Source: Mobula hypostoma
Taxonomy: Eukaryota
Reading direction: 5' to 3'
Assembly: GCF_963921235.1 (NCBI RefSeq)
Contig: NC_086108.1
Span: forward strand, 15,562,001-15,626,000
DNA: 64,000 nucleotides
The notes below the pieces were generated by a model. It did no database searches. It saw nothing but the letters and a program-made list of their open reading frames with translations, and had not been told where the DNA came from. The first letter of the stretch is position 1; every line of letters begins with the position of its first letter. Below, piece by piece: positions 50,810-63,689 of the stretch. A program made the translations under genes and the position numbers.

Positions 50810-53800
50810 AGTGGAAAGTGGAAAGTGGCGAGTGAAGGAGTGGAGCTTTGAGGCTTTGACTCGAGAGATTCTGGCAGATTCGGCAGTTGATCAAGTCAAT
50901 CAAGATTTGAATAGCTCAGACTCAGCAGAAAGCAGCTGATTGGGCAGTCGAGGTCAGGTGACCAAGCCGTTTGAAAAGCTCAAACAAATAAATAGAGGGG
51001 TAGCTCAAGTGAAGTGGCCAGTGAGTGAGTGGGCCAGTGAAGGAGTGGAGCTTTGAGGCTTTGACTGGAGAGGCATCGACGAGAAGAGGCGGAGGACGAG
51101 CTTGCTCCCAGTTAGGCTTTACAATGCCTCCTGAGACGGTGATGTGCCTCTCATGTGAGATGTGGCAATCTTGGGGGAACTCCCCTCTTCCGCAGCGTCA
51201 CATCTGCCAGAAGTGCATGCAGCTGGGTGATATGGAAGGCCGTATAAGGAATCTGGAGCAGCAGCTAGATGACCTTTAACTCAAGGGAGAATGAGGCAGT
51301 CATAGATGAGAGCTACAGGGAGGTAGTCACACCTAGGCTGCTGGAAGCAGGTCTTTGGGTGACAGTCAGAGGGGGGAAAGCGAAGGTGAGTAGACAGGTA
51401 GTGCAGAACACCCCTGTAGCCATTCCCCTGAATAATAAGTATACTGTCCTGGTTACTGTTGGCGGGGACAACGGACCGGGTATGAGCCACGGTGGCAGGG
51501 CCTCCGGCACTGAGTCTGACCCTGTGGTGCAGAAGGGTGGGACGGAGAAGAGGAGAGCTGTCGTCATTGGAGACTCTATAGTCAGCGGAGCAGACAGGAG
51601 ATTTTGTGGACGTGAGAAGGACACCTGCATGGTTTGTTGCCTCCCGGGTGCCAGGGTCCGGGATGTCTCTGACCGGGTGCACGACATCCTGGTACGAGAG
51701 GGAAAGCAACCAGAAGTCATGATACATGTTGGTAGCAACGACATAGACAGGACGGGGGATGAGGTCCTGAAGTGTGAGTTTCGGGAAGTAGGCAGAAGAC
51801 TGAAGAACAGGACCTCAAGGGTGGAGTTCTCAGGATTCCTGCCAGTGCTACGTGATGGTGATGGTAAGAATTGGAGGAGATGGCAGTTGAATGCGTAGCT
51901 GAGGAGTTCGTGCAGGGAGCAGGGTTTTAGATTTTTGGATCATTGGGATCTCTTCTGGGGAAGATGGGACCTGTACAGATTGGATGGGTTGCACCTGAAC
52001 TCGAGAGGGATCAATATCCTTGCAGGTAGGTTTGCTAGCATGGCTCGGGAGGGTTTAAACTAACTTGCAAGGGGGATGGGACCCGGAGTGATAGAGCAGT
52101 GGAAGAAGTGCATGGAGTAAAGCCAGATCTAACATATAAAGAGGCTTTGAGGAAAGAGAAGCAGAATAAAGGGTGTAAAGGTAGTAAGGTAGAAGGGCTA
52201 AAGTGCGTGTACTTCAATGCAAGAAGCATCAGGAACAAAGTTGATGAATTGAGAGCTTGGATACATACATGAAATTATGATGTAGTGGCCATTACAGAGA
52301 CTTAGCTGGCACCAGTGCAGGAATGGATTCCCAATATTCCTGGATTTCAGTGCTTTAAAAGGGATGGTGGGGGGGAAGGGGAGGAGGGGTGGCATTACTG
52401 GTCAGGGATACTATTACAGCTACAGAAATGGTGGGTAATGTAGCAGGATCCTTTTTTGAGTCAGTATGGGTGGAAGTCAGGAACATGAAGGGAGCAGTTA
52501 CACTATTGGGAGTATTCTTTCGGCCCCCTGGTAGTAGCAGAGATACCGAGGACCAGATTGGGAAGCAGATTTTGGAAAAGTGCAAAGTATCGGTTGTTAT
52601 CATGGGTGACTTTTGACTTCTCTAATACTGATTGGCACCTGAATAATTCCAATGGTTTAGATGGGGCAGAGTTTGTTAAGTATGTCCCGGAAGGATTCCT
52701 GTCACAGTATGTTGACAGGCCGACTAGGGGGAATGCCATACTAGATCTAGTATTAGGTAACAAACCGGGTCAGGTCACAGATCTCTCAGTGGGTGAGCAT
52801 CTGGGGGACAGTGACCACCGCTCCCTGGCCTTTAGCATTATCATGGAAACGGATAGAATCAGAGGACAGGAAAATTTTTAATTGGGGAAGGGCAAATTAT
52901 GAGGCTATAAGGCTAGAACTTGCGGGTGTGAATTGGGATGATGTTTTTGCAGGGAAATGTATTATGGACATGTGGTTGATGTTTGGGGATCTCTTGCGGG
53001 ATGTTAGGGATAAATTTGTCCCGGTGAGGAATATAAAGGATGGTAGGATGAAGGAACCATGGGTGACAAGTGAAGTGGAAAATCTACTCAGGTGGAAGAA
53101 GGCAGCATACATGAGGTTTAGGAAGGAGGGATCAGATGGGTCTATTGAGGAATATAGGGTAGCAAGAAAGGAGCTTAAGAAGGGGCTGAGGAGAACAAGA
53201 AGGGGGCATGAGAAGGCCTTGGCGAGTAGGGTAAAAAAAAACCCTAGGCATTCTTCAATTATGTGAAGAACAAAAGGATGACAGGAGTGAAAGTAGAACC
53301 GATGAGAGATAAAGGTGGGAAGATGTGCCTGGAGGCTGTGGAAGTGAGCGAGGTCCTCAATGAATACTTCTCTTCAGTATCCACCAATGAGAGGGAACTT
53401 GATGACAATGAGGACAATATGAGTGAGGTTGATGATCTGGAGCATGTTGATATTAAGGGAGAGGAGGTGTTGGAGTTGTTAAAATACATTAGGACAGATA
53501 AGTCCCCGGGGCCTGACGGAATATTCCCCAGGCTGCTCCATGAGGTGAGGGAAGAGATTTCTGAGCCTCAGGCTAGGATCTTTATGTCCTGGTTGTCCAT
53601 GGGAATGGTACCGGAGGATTGGAGGGAGGCGAATGTTGTCCCCTTGTTCAAAAAAGGTAGTAGGGATAGTCTGGGTAATTATAGTCCAGTGAGCCTTACG
53701 TCTGTGGTGGGAAAGCTGTTGGAAAAGATTCTTAGAGATAGGATCTATAGGCATTTAAAGAACCATGGTCTGATCAGGGACAGTCAGCATGGCTTTGTGA

Positions 53801-55018
53801 AGGGCAGATCGTGTCGAACAAGCCTGATAGAGTTCTTTGAGGAGGTGACCAGGCATATAGATGAGGATAGTGTAGTGGATGTGATCTGTATGGATTTTAG
53901 TAAGTCATTTGACAAGGTTCCACATAGTAGGCTTATTCAGAAAGTCAGAAGGCATGGGATTTAGGGAAGTTTGGCCAGGAGGATTCAGAATTGGCTTGCC
54001 TGCAGAAAGCAGAGGGTCGTGGTGGAGGGAATACATTTGGATTGGAGGGTTGTGACTAGTGCTGTCGCATAAGGATCGGTTCTGGGACCTCTACTTTTCG
54101 TGATTTTTATTAACGACCTGGATGTGGGGGTAGAAGGGCGGGTTGGCGAGTTTGCAGATGACACAAAGGTCAATGTTGTTGTGGATAGTGTAGAGGATTG
54201 TTGAAGATTGCAGAAAGACATTGGTAAGATGCAGCAGTGGGCTGAGAAGTGGCAGATGGAGTTCAACCCGGAGAAATGTGAGATGGTATACTTTGGAAGG
54301 ACAAACTCCACGGCAGAGTACTAAGTAAATGGCAGGATACTTGGTAGTGTGGAGGAGCAGAGGGATGTGGGGGTAAATGTCCACAGATCCCTGAAAGTTG
54401 CCTTATGGTGTGCTAGCTTTCATAAGTCAAGAGATAGAGTTTAAGAGTCGCGAGGTAATGATGCAGCTGTATAAAACTCTGGTTAGGCCAGACTTGGAGT
54501 ACTGTGTCCAGTTCTGGTCGCCTCACTATAGGAAGGATGTGGAGGCATTGGAAAGGGTGCAGAGGAGATTTACCAGGATGCTGCCTGGTTTAGAGAGTAT
54601 GCATTATGATCAGAGATTAAGGGAACTAGGGCTTTACTCTTTGGAGAGAAGGAGGATGAGAGGAGATATGATAGAGGTATACAAGATATTAAGAGGAATA
54701 GATGGAGTTGATAGCCAGCACCTCTTCCCCAGGGCACCACTGCTCAATACAAGAGGACATGGCTTTAAGGTAAGGGGTGGGATGTTCAAGGGGGATACTA
54801 GAGGAAGGTTTTTTACTCAGAGAATGGTTGGTGCGTGGAATGCACTGCCTGAGTCAGTAGTGGAGGCAGATACACTAGTGAAATTTTAGAGATTACTAGA
54901 CAGGTATATGGAGGAATTTAAGGTGGGGGGTTATATGGGAGGCAGGGTTTAAGGGTCGGCACAACATTGTGGGCCGAAGGCCTTGTACTGTGCTGTACTA
55001 TTCTGTATGTTCTATATT
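50810..55018 (+). mobile_element. Near full-length young CR1: 5'UTR, ORF1 (CxxC..CxxC zinc finger, coiled coil, SGNH esterase), ORF2 (APE endonuclease and RT), 3' tail; several stops and frameshifts
   Basis: CLSC..CQKC, VIGDS, HVGSND, YFNARSI-type EN start, MGDF, LDLVL, SDH, FADD at about 54151. 31-bp direct repeat in the 5'UTR (50831-50861 and 51036-51066). Confidence 0.93.
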
Positions 55019-57478
55019 ATTTCCGACTACTCATCCCCTACCTTGACTCAGAACTATTTCCCCAATCAAGTCCCTTCCCATTTATATCCATGACATTTTC
55101 AATGTTTTCTCTGATGACAAAACAGAACCAATGACTAATTCCAATTCCCCAGCCCCATCATCTTCATTGCAGGCATGTAATCAGTAAATTTCAGGTAGAG
55201 GCCCACTCACTTTCCTCTCCACCAACACACTTACTCAGTTGGCAGAACTTGTCCTTAGGTTCAACAGCATCTCATTCCATTCCACATTCCACTCACTTTC
55301 TGTGGATTAAAGGTGTAGTTGTGTGATCTCACATGGCCTGTATAGCTCTGTCTGTCGTTTTGTTGGATACATGAAACAGACCTTGCTCCAGACTTATGAG
55401 GGACCACTCCCCAACTCTCTCTGACACTTTTACAAGCACACAGACTACCACAATTACCTTGTCCGTATATCCTGTTACCTTGCCTCCCACAGGGATGATG
55501 ATCCTTTTTTCCTAGTGTCTTTGTTTCTTTCACATTTGATCCAATGATGCCTTTGAAATATTCTCCTTCTTTCAGAAACACAGCTTCCCCTCTACTTTGG
55601 TGGATGGAGCTATCAACTGCATTTCCTCCATTGACTGCTCTTCAGCTCTCATCTCCTCTCCCTTGGTCTTCACCTTACAGCCCACTAGCTTTCACATTCA
55701 GTGAAATATCCTGAATAATTTACACCAACTCCAGCCTGGTCCCTCATCCAGTCACATCTCTCCCTTTCCCCTTTCTGCATTTTACAGGGACCAGCCACCA
55801 TCCACTCTTCTGTCCCCCAACCCCCAGCCCCCAGCCCCCATCCCTCACTCGCCTCCCTTTGTACCTTCCTATACAACTTGTTCATTTGCCTCTTCCCTTC
55901 CCAGCTCAGTCTTTCCATGTAACTCTTGGCACCCTTTTGGAAGAAATATTGAATTTTCTAATTTCAGATAGTTCAACTTTATTGCTGTAATATTCAGTGC
56001 ATACCCAGCATATAATTACTAGGAAAATCAGTTTTCTGCCACAGCAGCTCAGAATATTACAAATATATGTGTTAACATTAATTTAACTTGGCATAAAATA
56101 TACTTTACTTTAATGACAAAATAAATTAAATAAACCTAACATTAATACAAGAGAAGAGAACTATAGTCTGATGTAGTGTTAAGGATTTTCAGGACAGAAC
56201 CTGATGGCAGTGGGGAGGAAGCTATTGTTGAACCTTGAGGCATCCGGTTCTTCATCATTTTCTATTATCATGCTTTGATAATATCTATTTTTGATGAAGC
56301 GTCACAGCCAAAATGTTGTTCTTTTATTCTTTTTCATAGATGCAGTCACTGCTGCTGACTTTGTTCAGCATTTTGTATGTGTTGCTCTGGATTTCCAGCA
56401 CCTGTTCTGTTTATGTCCCTTTCTCACCCTGTTTCTGTAAAATACCTTCCTAATGATTAGTCCCTATGCTTATTATCACCCGATCTACCTGAACCAATCT
56501 CCATATTGTCTTCTGATTTATACCTCATTCCTTCTCCCAGCTCTTCTTTCACACCCTCCACTCTTACCCTCATATTGACAAAGAGTCCCTAATCTGAAAC
56601 ATTGACTGGTTTCTCCTTCCACAGATGCTGTTTGAATGACTGAGTTCTTCCAGCATTTCTGTTTTCCTTTCATAAAGTTCTTTTGGTAGCTTAGAGCATC
56701 TTTTGTTAACTGTAAGAGGAAATAGCAGTTTCTCTTGGCTGAAAGTTTTCAAACAGGATATCATCATCCAGTGAGCATTTTACCAATCCACTTACTGTGA
56801 CAAAGTAATTTACAGACTCATTAAATGAGCCTTTCAGAAGCTTTCCCTTGAGATCTCAATAGGCTCTGCTATGATTGCAGTGATATCATGGTAGCTCTAT
56901 TTAAGTATTCAGAAAACGTAAATCGAAAAATTGGACATCTGAAATAACAACAATTTGCTGGTAACGGGCTTAGGTTTCAGGTCAAAGAATTTTCTTCACA
57001 ACTGGGAAGGAGGAACAATAAATGGAGGCAGAAACAATAGTGGTGTTTCAGATGCTCTTAGATAGGCACATGAAGAGAATAGAGGAATGTGGACCATATG
57101 CAGGCCGAAGGGATTTGGTATCATTAGCTTAATTAGTGTGCCACAGTACCGTGGGCCAAAATGCTCATTCCTGTACTGTACTGTTCTATGTTTTATACCG
57201 ATCAGATAAAGGAGCGATTTACTCTGAGGATGTATGCATGTGATCTACTTGGATAATAAATATCCATAAATATAATGCATCCTTCTTGTTTGTGTCATAT
57301 TTTCATTTTAGAAGAACTTGTGGACCAGATCTGTATCCCTGTTGTATCCCTGTTCCACAATGAACATTGCACAGTATGATACTTTTCTGTATATTGTAGA
57401 TGTCATGTGGTATTAAACTGAGGACAATAAAAAAATCATAGTTTCAAAGTCACTGATTTCTTTTAATTTATTTTCCAG

Positions 57479-57592
57479 GATTCCATGCAGGCGAATGTCA
57501 TCACCCGTGATATTAATCGGACTTTTCCAGCCCATGATTACTTTAAAGACACTAATGGGGATGGACAAGAGTCATTATTTAAGATCTGTAAG
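57479..57592 (+). CDS. RABGAP1L: Internal coding exon (114 nt, phase 0/0) of Rab GTPase-activating protein 1-like, TBC domain
   Basis: Flanked by a pyrimidine-rich acceptor ttttccAG (57477-78) and donor AAG|GTAGGG (57593). Translates DSMQANVITRDINRTFPAHDYFKDTNGDGQESLFKICK, containing the TBC IxxDxxR arginine finger. Assignment to RABGAP1L over RABGAP1 rests on the nested GPR52. Confidence 0.88.
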
Positions 57593-58029
57593 GTAGGGCA
57601 TTGAAATTCAAGAACACCAGCTGCCTTCTCCTGTGCTGGGTTTTTGCTCAGAACATGGACTTCAGTGCTGAATCTATACCATACTGTCATTGTTGTGAAA
57701 TAATCCTGTGAACTTTTTTTCCAGCAACCATTCAACAGTCCTGAAGTATGGTAGAAAGTATTTTCCATCTTCTCAAAGATTCTTTCAGAAGTCAAGAAAA
57801 AGGCATGAAATTTGTTGCTTGGCGCTCATTTCATTAAGTGTTAATAGAACAAAGAAAATAGGAAATGGACAGTAAAAGAGGTCTAGTAAGGGAAGGTAGA
57901 GAAGAAGCAAAGACAACAAAAGAATTGGAAAGGTAGAGTTGCAAGTCTATTAGCTAAGAACAAAGAACAGGAAAGACTAAAAAAGTACCTGCATCACCAA
58001 GATTGGGATTTATTCAGATCTCTAACTTC

Positions 58030-58345
58030 CACTGAAGAGTAATGCTAGTGCACCTTTTTGAACTACTGCTGCTTGTGTGATGTCCAGTGGGTTCTTGGAT
58101 CTAACTTGGAATGGGACAATAGTGGGGAGCTTAGAAGTGAGCATTCCTGCGCTTCTGCCACTGTTGGACTTCAGGGTACTGGAGATCGCAGATTTTGGAA
58201 GCGTTAAAGGCTTGGTGCATTGCAATGGTGCATCCCATAGATCGTACACACTACACCAGCAATGGAGGGAGTTGATGTTGAACCTGCTGAATGTAAAAGC
58301 GATCAGGCACACAGCTTTGTCCTGGATGATGTTGCATTTCTTGAG
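58030..58345 (-). mobile_element. Old non-LTR retrotransposon ORF2 C-terminal fragment
   Basis: Minus strand LKKCNIIQDKAVCLI..NINSLH resembles the post-RT region of a shark LINE family. Confidence 0.5.
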
Positions 58346-59026
58346 CGTTATGTTAAAGTTATATTCAACCAGTTAATAGAGATGTATCTAGCTCTTGTTT
58401 GTATTTGTTCACTTGTAAACAATTCATCCACGGCATGTAGACAAAGGGCAAGTTTTTATTTATTTAAACCAAAGTCTTATTCTCTATTGTGTCAGAGCTT
58501 AGAGAGCTATCAGAGTGGCTTATGGATATTTCCTATCCCTCTAACTGAGAAACAGTTGTTTCTGGTCAATGTATTCAAAGTGATGCCAATAAAGCAGTTC
58601 AGGAAGAAGTGATTAGCTGTTTTTGTGCTGAATAGACCATCTATTACTTCATGTGGTGCATCTATATCATTGGAGGATATAAATCATCAGAAGAGGATCA
58701 TTTCACCCCTCAAGCCTTCTCCATTATTAAACAAGATCATAGCTGATTCTCCACTCTTGTGCTACCCCCATAATGCGCAGAATTTACTAAACTCTGTTTT
58801 GAATGAGCTCAGCGCTGAACCTCTACAGCCCACTGGGGTAGAGAATTCCAAAAACTCATCAGCCTTTGAGTGAAAAACTTTTCTTTTTATCTGTCCTTTG
58901 GTATCTATCCCTTATTATGTGCTTCCTCATCCAAGAGTAGCATTCTTTTTGCACCTAGATCCTGAGTCTAGAATTCTGTCAATTTTCTTGCATCCCTCTA
59001 AACTTTGGGCAATACTGGCCTAGTCT

Positions 59027-59165
59027 CACAAACACGAGAAAATCTGCAGATGCTGGAAATCCAAGAAACATTTATAAAACTGTTGGAGGGGCTCAGCAGG
59101 CCAGGCAGCATCTACGGAAAAGAGTAAACAGCCAATGTTTTGAGCCGAGACCCTTCATCAGGACT
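59027..59165 (-). mobile_element. ~140-bp Penelope-derived mini-element with decayed hammerhead, inside an old CR1 (about 58650-59780, minus strand)
   Basis: 7-bp TSD CTAGTCT at 59020-59026 and 59166-59172. Same sequence family as 20670-20808. Confidence 0.82.
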
Positions 59166-59886
59166 CTAGTCTACTCAGTCTCATATGGCAGACCCACCAT
59201 CCCAAGAATCAGTCTGGTGAATCTTTGCCACATTTCTGAATAGCAAATATTTCCTTTCATACTTAGAATTGCAGATGTATTCTTTCAGAGGCCCTATGCA
59301 ATTGTAGTAAATTGTCATTTATTCAAATTTTCTTACAATAAAGACCTCATACCATTTATCTCCTGATTGTCTGCTGCAGTAAGTTTTCAGAAACCTCTGT
59401 ACAAGGACACCCAGTTCCTTTTAACATCCAACATGCTCCAATCTCTCAGAATTTAAAAGACACTCAGCATTTCTGTTACATTACTTTACATTTTTCCACT
59501 TAGTACTTCATCTGTTGACTGATCCCTCAGCTTGTCTCTATTTCCTTGTAGCCCCTCTGGGTCCTCAATCCCACCACATTCCCACTCAGTTTCATGTCAT
59601 CAACAAAAGTGGAATATCGTATTGGTCTCCTCAGTGGAATCACTGATACAGTTCGAGAATTCTCCAAGCAAAATTCCCTGCGGTACCTATTAGTCGCAGC
59701 CTGCCAGCTTGGGAAGGTTCTCTATCTTCTATCAGTTGACCAACTCTCAAGCCACATGAGTAAATTATGCCTATTTCAATGCCATAGAGTCATACAGCAC
59801 TGAAAACGTACTCTTCAGTCCAATATGCCATGCAGTCTAAGTTCTGTAACTAACCCCTTTTGTCTGCGTTTGGCGTTTATCTGAAC

Positions 59887-59951
59887 CAGGGGTCCCAACC
59901 TTTTTTATGCTGTAGAAAAATCCATCTAGCAAGGAGTCCATGGAACCCCTG
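59887..59951. mobile_element. 65-bp hAT/Charlie-like mini-MITE
   Basis: CAGGGGTCCC..GGAACCCCTG termini. Flanks ATCTGAAC and CTCTAAAT both resemble the Charlie target. Sits within a CR1 tail. Confidence 0.6.
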
Positions 59952-62129
59952 CTCTAAATCTTTTCTATCTATGGGCCTGTCCAGATGTTTTTTTTTAACT
60001 TTATAATTGTACACACCTCTACAGCTTCCTTTGGCAGCATGTCCCGTATATGTGTCACCCTCTGTGCAAATAGTTCCACGGAGAGTGATGTATTTTAATT
60101 TTGCCCTCTCACTATAAACCTATTTCCTCTCATTTTGGATTCCCCTGCCCTGGGGAAAAGACTGTGCCAATAACCTAATCAATGCCCCTCATGATTCTAG
60201 AAACCTTCTATTTATTTATTTAGCGATGCCATGTAGAATTGGCCCTTCAACCCCACCGCTCAACAACCCTGACTTAACCCTAACCTTATCGCAGGACAAT
60301 TTACAATGACCGGTTAACCTACACAGTCTTTGGACTCTGGGAAGAAGCTGGAATACCCGGAGAAAACCCACGCAGTCCACAGGAAGGACATTCAGAGACT
60401 CCTTGTAGAGGACACTGGGACTGAACTCTGAACTCCGAACTCCAACACCCTGACCTATAATAGAGTCACACTAATCTCTACTCCACCATGCTCCCATAAG
60501 GTCACTTGTCAGCCTCCTATGCTGAAGGGAAAACAGTCCTAGTCTTTGCTTATAACTCAAGCTCTTCAGACCCAGTAACATCCTTATGAATCTTTTCTGA
60601 ACCCTTTCCTATTTAAGGACACCCTTAAAGACATCAGAATAGTTCAAGGTCACAGAGGGAAAGGATAAATGGAAATCTAGAATCGTTTGAAATTACCAAA
60701 GAAATCTATAGGGAAGTAGTGGTAATGCTGAAGGCCTGGTTTGATAATACGATGCTATAGCTGAAACCTCTAGTGAGCTTCGCTGTGACAATGCAGGAGG
60801 CAAGAGGAATAAAGTGATGGGCAACGTGACTTGGAGGTAATGTCTGCAGACTAAGCAGAGATATTCTGCAAGTGGTTCCTCCACATTTTTAACAGCAAAT
60901 CCATTAAACTGGATGAGAAGAGGTACAAGTGAATGGCAACTTTATGAGTAAACACTGTTTGGATTCTTGGTTGTGGAAAGGGATATATAAATGAGCAGGC
61001 ATTTATATATAATATATTATATATAAATAGATAGATGCAATAGATGCAATCAGCAAAAGAGGTGGAAGTCAGACAGCGAATGGTGAAGGGTGTGTTCCCT
61101 TTTTAATACTGGAAGGAGAGTGATGGAAGCTGTGTTGAGTGGAGTGGACTTTATGACAATATATACAGGGAGATTTCTTCATTAGATTTCTGCTCATTAC
61201 CCAGGAGCATATGCAGTATCTCACTGAAGTAAAATCACAGGTAATCAGTGGGATGTGAGCTGCAGCAACAGGAACCCTTGTGTTCCTGGGCAGTGCTGTT
61301 GCCAACATGAGATCAGCAATCCAGAACTTGGAGCAATTCAGCAGATACCTGGTCAAAGAGTGAGGGGATCCTCTCTGTGTGGGGTCAATGGCTGACATCC
61401 TCTGTCCATGTCTAACCAGATATTTTACTAGTTATTTTTTATAATTTCTACCAGTGAAGTTGTGCAGAGTCTTGATCTGAAAGATGGTTTTAGTTCCTCT
61501 CTCTTTTTGCTTCTTTATTCAGGAGGTGGGATGAACAGAAGTGGTTTGCTGTCAGTTATCACATCTGTTATGTTCATTAAGCATCCACTCCCCCCTTCCC
61601 TTCCCCTTAATGCATAATGCATTCCATTGGACGAAAATGCTTTATTTGGAGCTGAACACAGTTTAGTTTCACACAGAGCTTTGTCATACCAGTTTACGTT
61701 CAAAGCTCTGGAAGAGAATCAAGGATGGTGCCAATACCACCTTCCACTCCTCCTCTCCACAGGTACTGGTTTGAGTCCATTATGTATTAAAAAAACACAT
61801 GAATCTAGGAATTTTGCTGAATATATTATCAAAATACCTGACACAGTCGTGTGCTTCTTCAAGCCAAGCAGATTCACCTTCATGTCCAGCTGATTAATGA
61901 CACAGAATCAAAAGGTACATCTGGATTTAGCAGCCTGTCACCACCAACAATACTGCTGCTCTTGTAGTTATTACTTTGACAATTTTTTTATCATAATCCA
62001 TTGCTAATTACTTCAGTTATTGAGGCCACTAAATGGAAATTGCCTTCTCTTTTAATGTGTGAACGAGAGAGGAGCCTGCTTCTCTGTAATGCCGTTTGTG
62101 ACTGAAGGATCTCTTGATATTTTTCACAG

Positions 62130-62400
62130 CCCATAATTTACAGTTAGCATTGTAAGGCAGGAAGCCTAGCTAGTTAATTAGCACGCAGTGAGCTCCCACA
62201 GTCTGCAATGTGGAATTGACCAGGTAATCAGTTTCTATGACCTTGGTCGAGCATAAATATTGCTCTGAGAGAATTCCTTTGCTTTTTTTTCGAAACCATG
62301 CCAGGGATAATTTTCAACAGGCTTGGTTTATTGTCTCTTCCCAAAGCCGCCACATGCTGCAGTGCAGCGCTCACTTGGTTCTGCATTGGGTTGTCAACCT
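62130..62400 (-). mobile_element. DeuSINE (SacSINE1/AmnSINE1-related) Deu-domain remnant
   Basis: Minus strand GCTGCACTG..GAGACAATAAACC..ATCCCTGGCA..TTTCGAA..CAATATTTAT..GATTACCTGGTCA..CACATTGC..TGTGGGAGCT follows the Deu-domain block order as I recall it. Confidence 0.65.
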
Positions 62401-62444
62401 GAGCTATCCTCGTGTCCTTTGGGGAAAAAAAACTACAATATCCT

Positions 62445-62687
62445 AACTAGTCAGAGAGTGGTGAATCTATGGAATTTGTTGCCACAGGCAGCAGTGGAGG
62501 CCAAGTCATTGGGTGTATTTAAGGCAGAGATTGATAGGTATTTGAGTAGCCAGGGCATCAAAGGTTATGGTGAGAAGGCGGGGGAGTGGGACTAAATAGG
62601 AGAATGGATCAGCTCATGATAAAATGGCGGAGCAGACTCGATGGGCCGAATGGCTGACTTCTGCTCCTTTGTCTTATGGTCTTATGG
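62445..62687 (+). mobile_element. CR1 3' terminal fragment
   Basis: SQRVVNLWNLLP and a GTCTTATGGTCTTATGG tail. Confidence 0.85.
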
Positions 62688-63689
62688 CTAATTTGAGGAA
62701 ATCTCACAAATAGGATTGTGGACAAGCTTTCAACTAAGTAGGAGGGGGAAGGACTCCACAGATACTCAATACACTCAAAAGGAAATGAGCACAGAATAGT
62801 GAGGAGGGAAGTGACAAAGTGTAACAAATGTAACAACAGAAATATTAATATAAGTATACAGCACAGAGCAAATCCAGAGTTAGTAAAAACTTTAAATTAA
62901 AAATCACTGCTTAATTTGCATTTGCAATAAGACAGGTGGGTCAATAGCACAAATAGCAACATAATGAAAATTATCTAATAGATATTTCAGAACTCACTGG
63001 GATGGGATAGACCAAATGGGAAAGGAGGTGTTGTGGCTTTGCTTAATCAAGCAAGTATCAGAGTGGTTGAGTTATGATAGGGTAGCAATGGTTAGTAATG
63101 TAGAATTGGTTTGGGTTGAAATCATCAAAAGTTCAAATGAACTTTGAGCAAAAGTTAAATGAAACAAGTTAAATGAAGAAGAAGTTAAATGAAAGAGAAA
63201 AGAAGACAAGGGTGTGAGTAACTTTTAGCCCCTAAAGTGTGACCTCTCAATAAGGCAGGACCTCTCAATAGAATGAGGAAATATCTAGGGCATGATTGAA
63301 AAGGACTGCAATTGTCAGAGGACTCTTTAATCTACAGCTTGATTGGTAAGGGTATCATAGAAGAAGAATTTATGAAGAATAGCATCTTAGAAGAGTATAT
63401 TATGGAGTCTACCCAGAAATGTGCTATTCCAGATTTGGTCATGAGTAATGAGGAAAGATAATTAAAGATCTTGTGGTTAAAGGTCCCTATTGATGATAGT
63501 GACCATATTAAGACAAGTTTGCTAGAGATGTAGGGAGAGTTTTGATTAGTCAGGTGTCAAAGATTACGGAGAGAAAGCAGGAGAATGAGATTGAGAGGGA
63601 AAATAAATCAGCCATGTTCAATTGTATGATTGATAGGCCAATTAGCCTAAATTTGCTCCTAAATAAACTTCTGAAGTTCTATCATATTA

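Noticed and set aside
46603..54889. Active autonomous CR1
   Set aside because: Both copies have frameshifts or stops; the minus copy is 5'-truncated and reads FADN at the catalytic motif.
2257..57478. Additional RABGAP1L exons
   Set aside because: I could not recognise any other TBC, PTB or coiled-coil exon by eye; small or alternative exons could have been missed.
63150..63195. Triplicated AAGTTAAATGAA
   Set aside because: Local slippage within a decayed CR1 endonuclease remnant; no sign of function.
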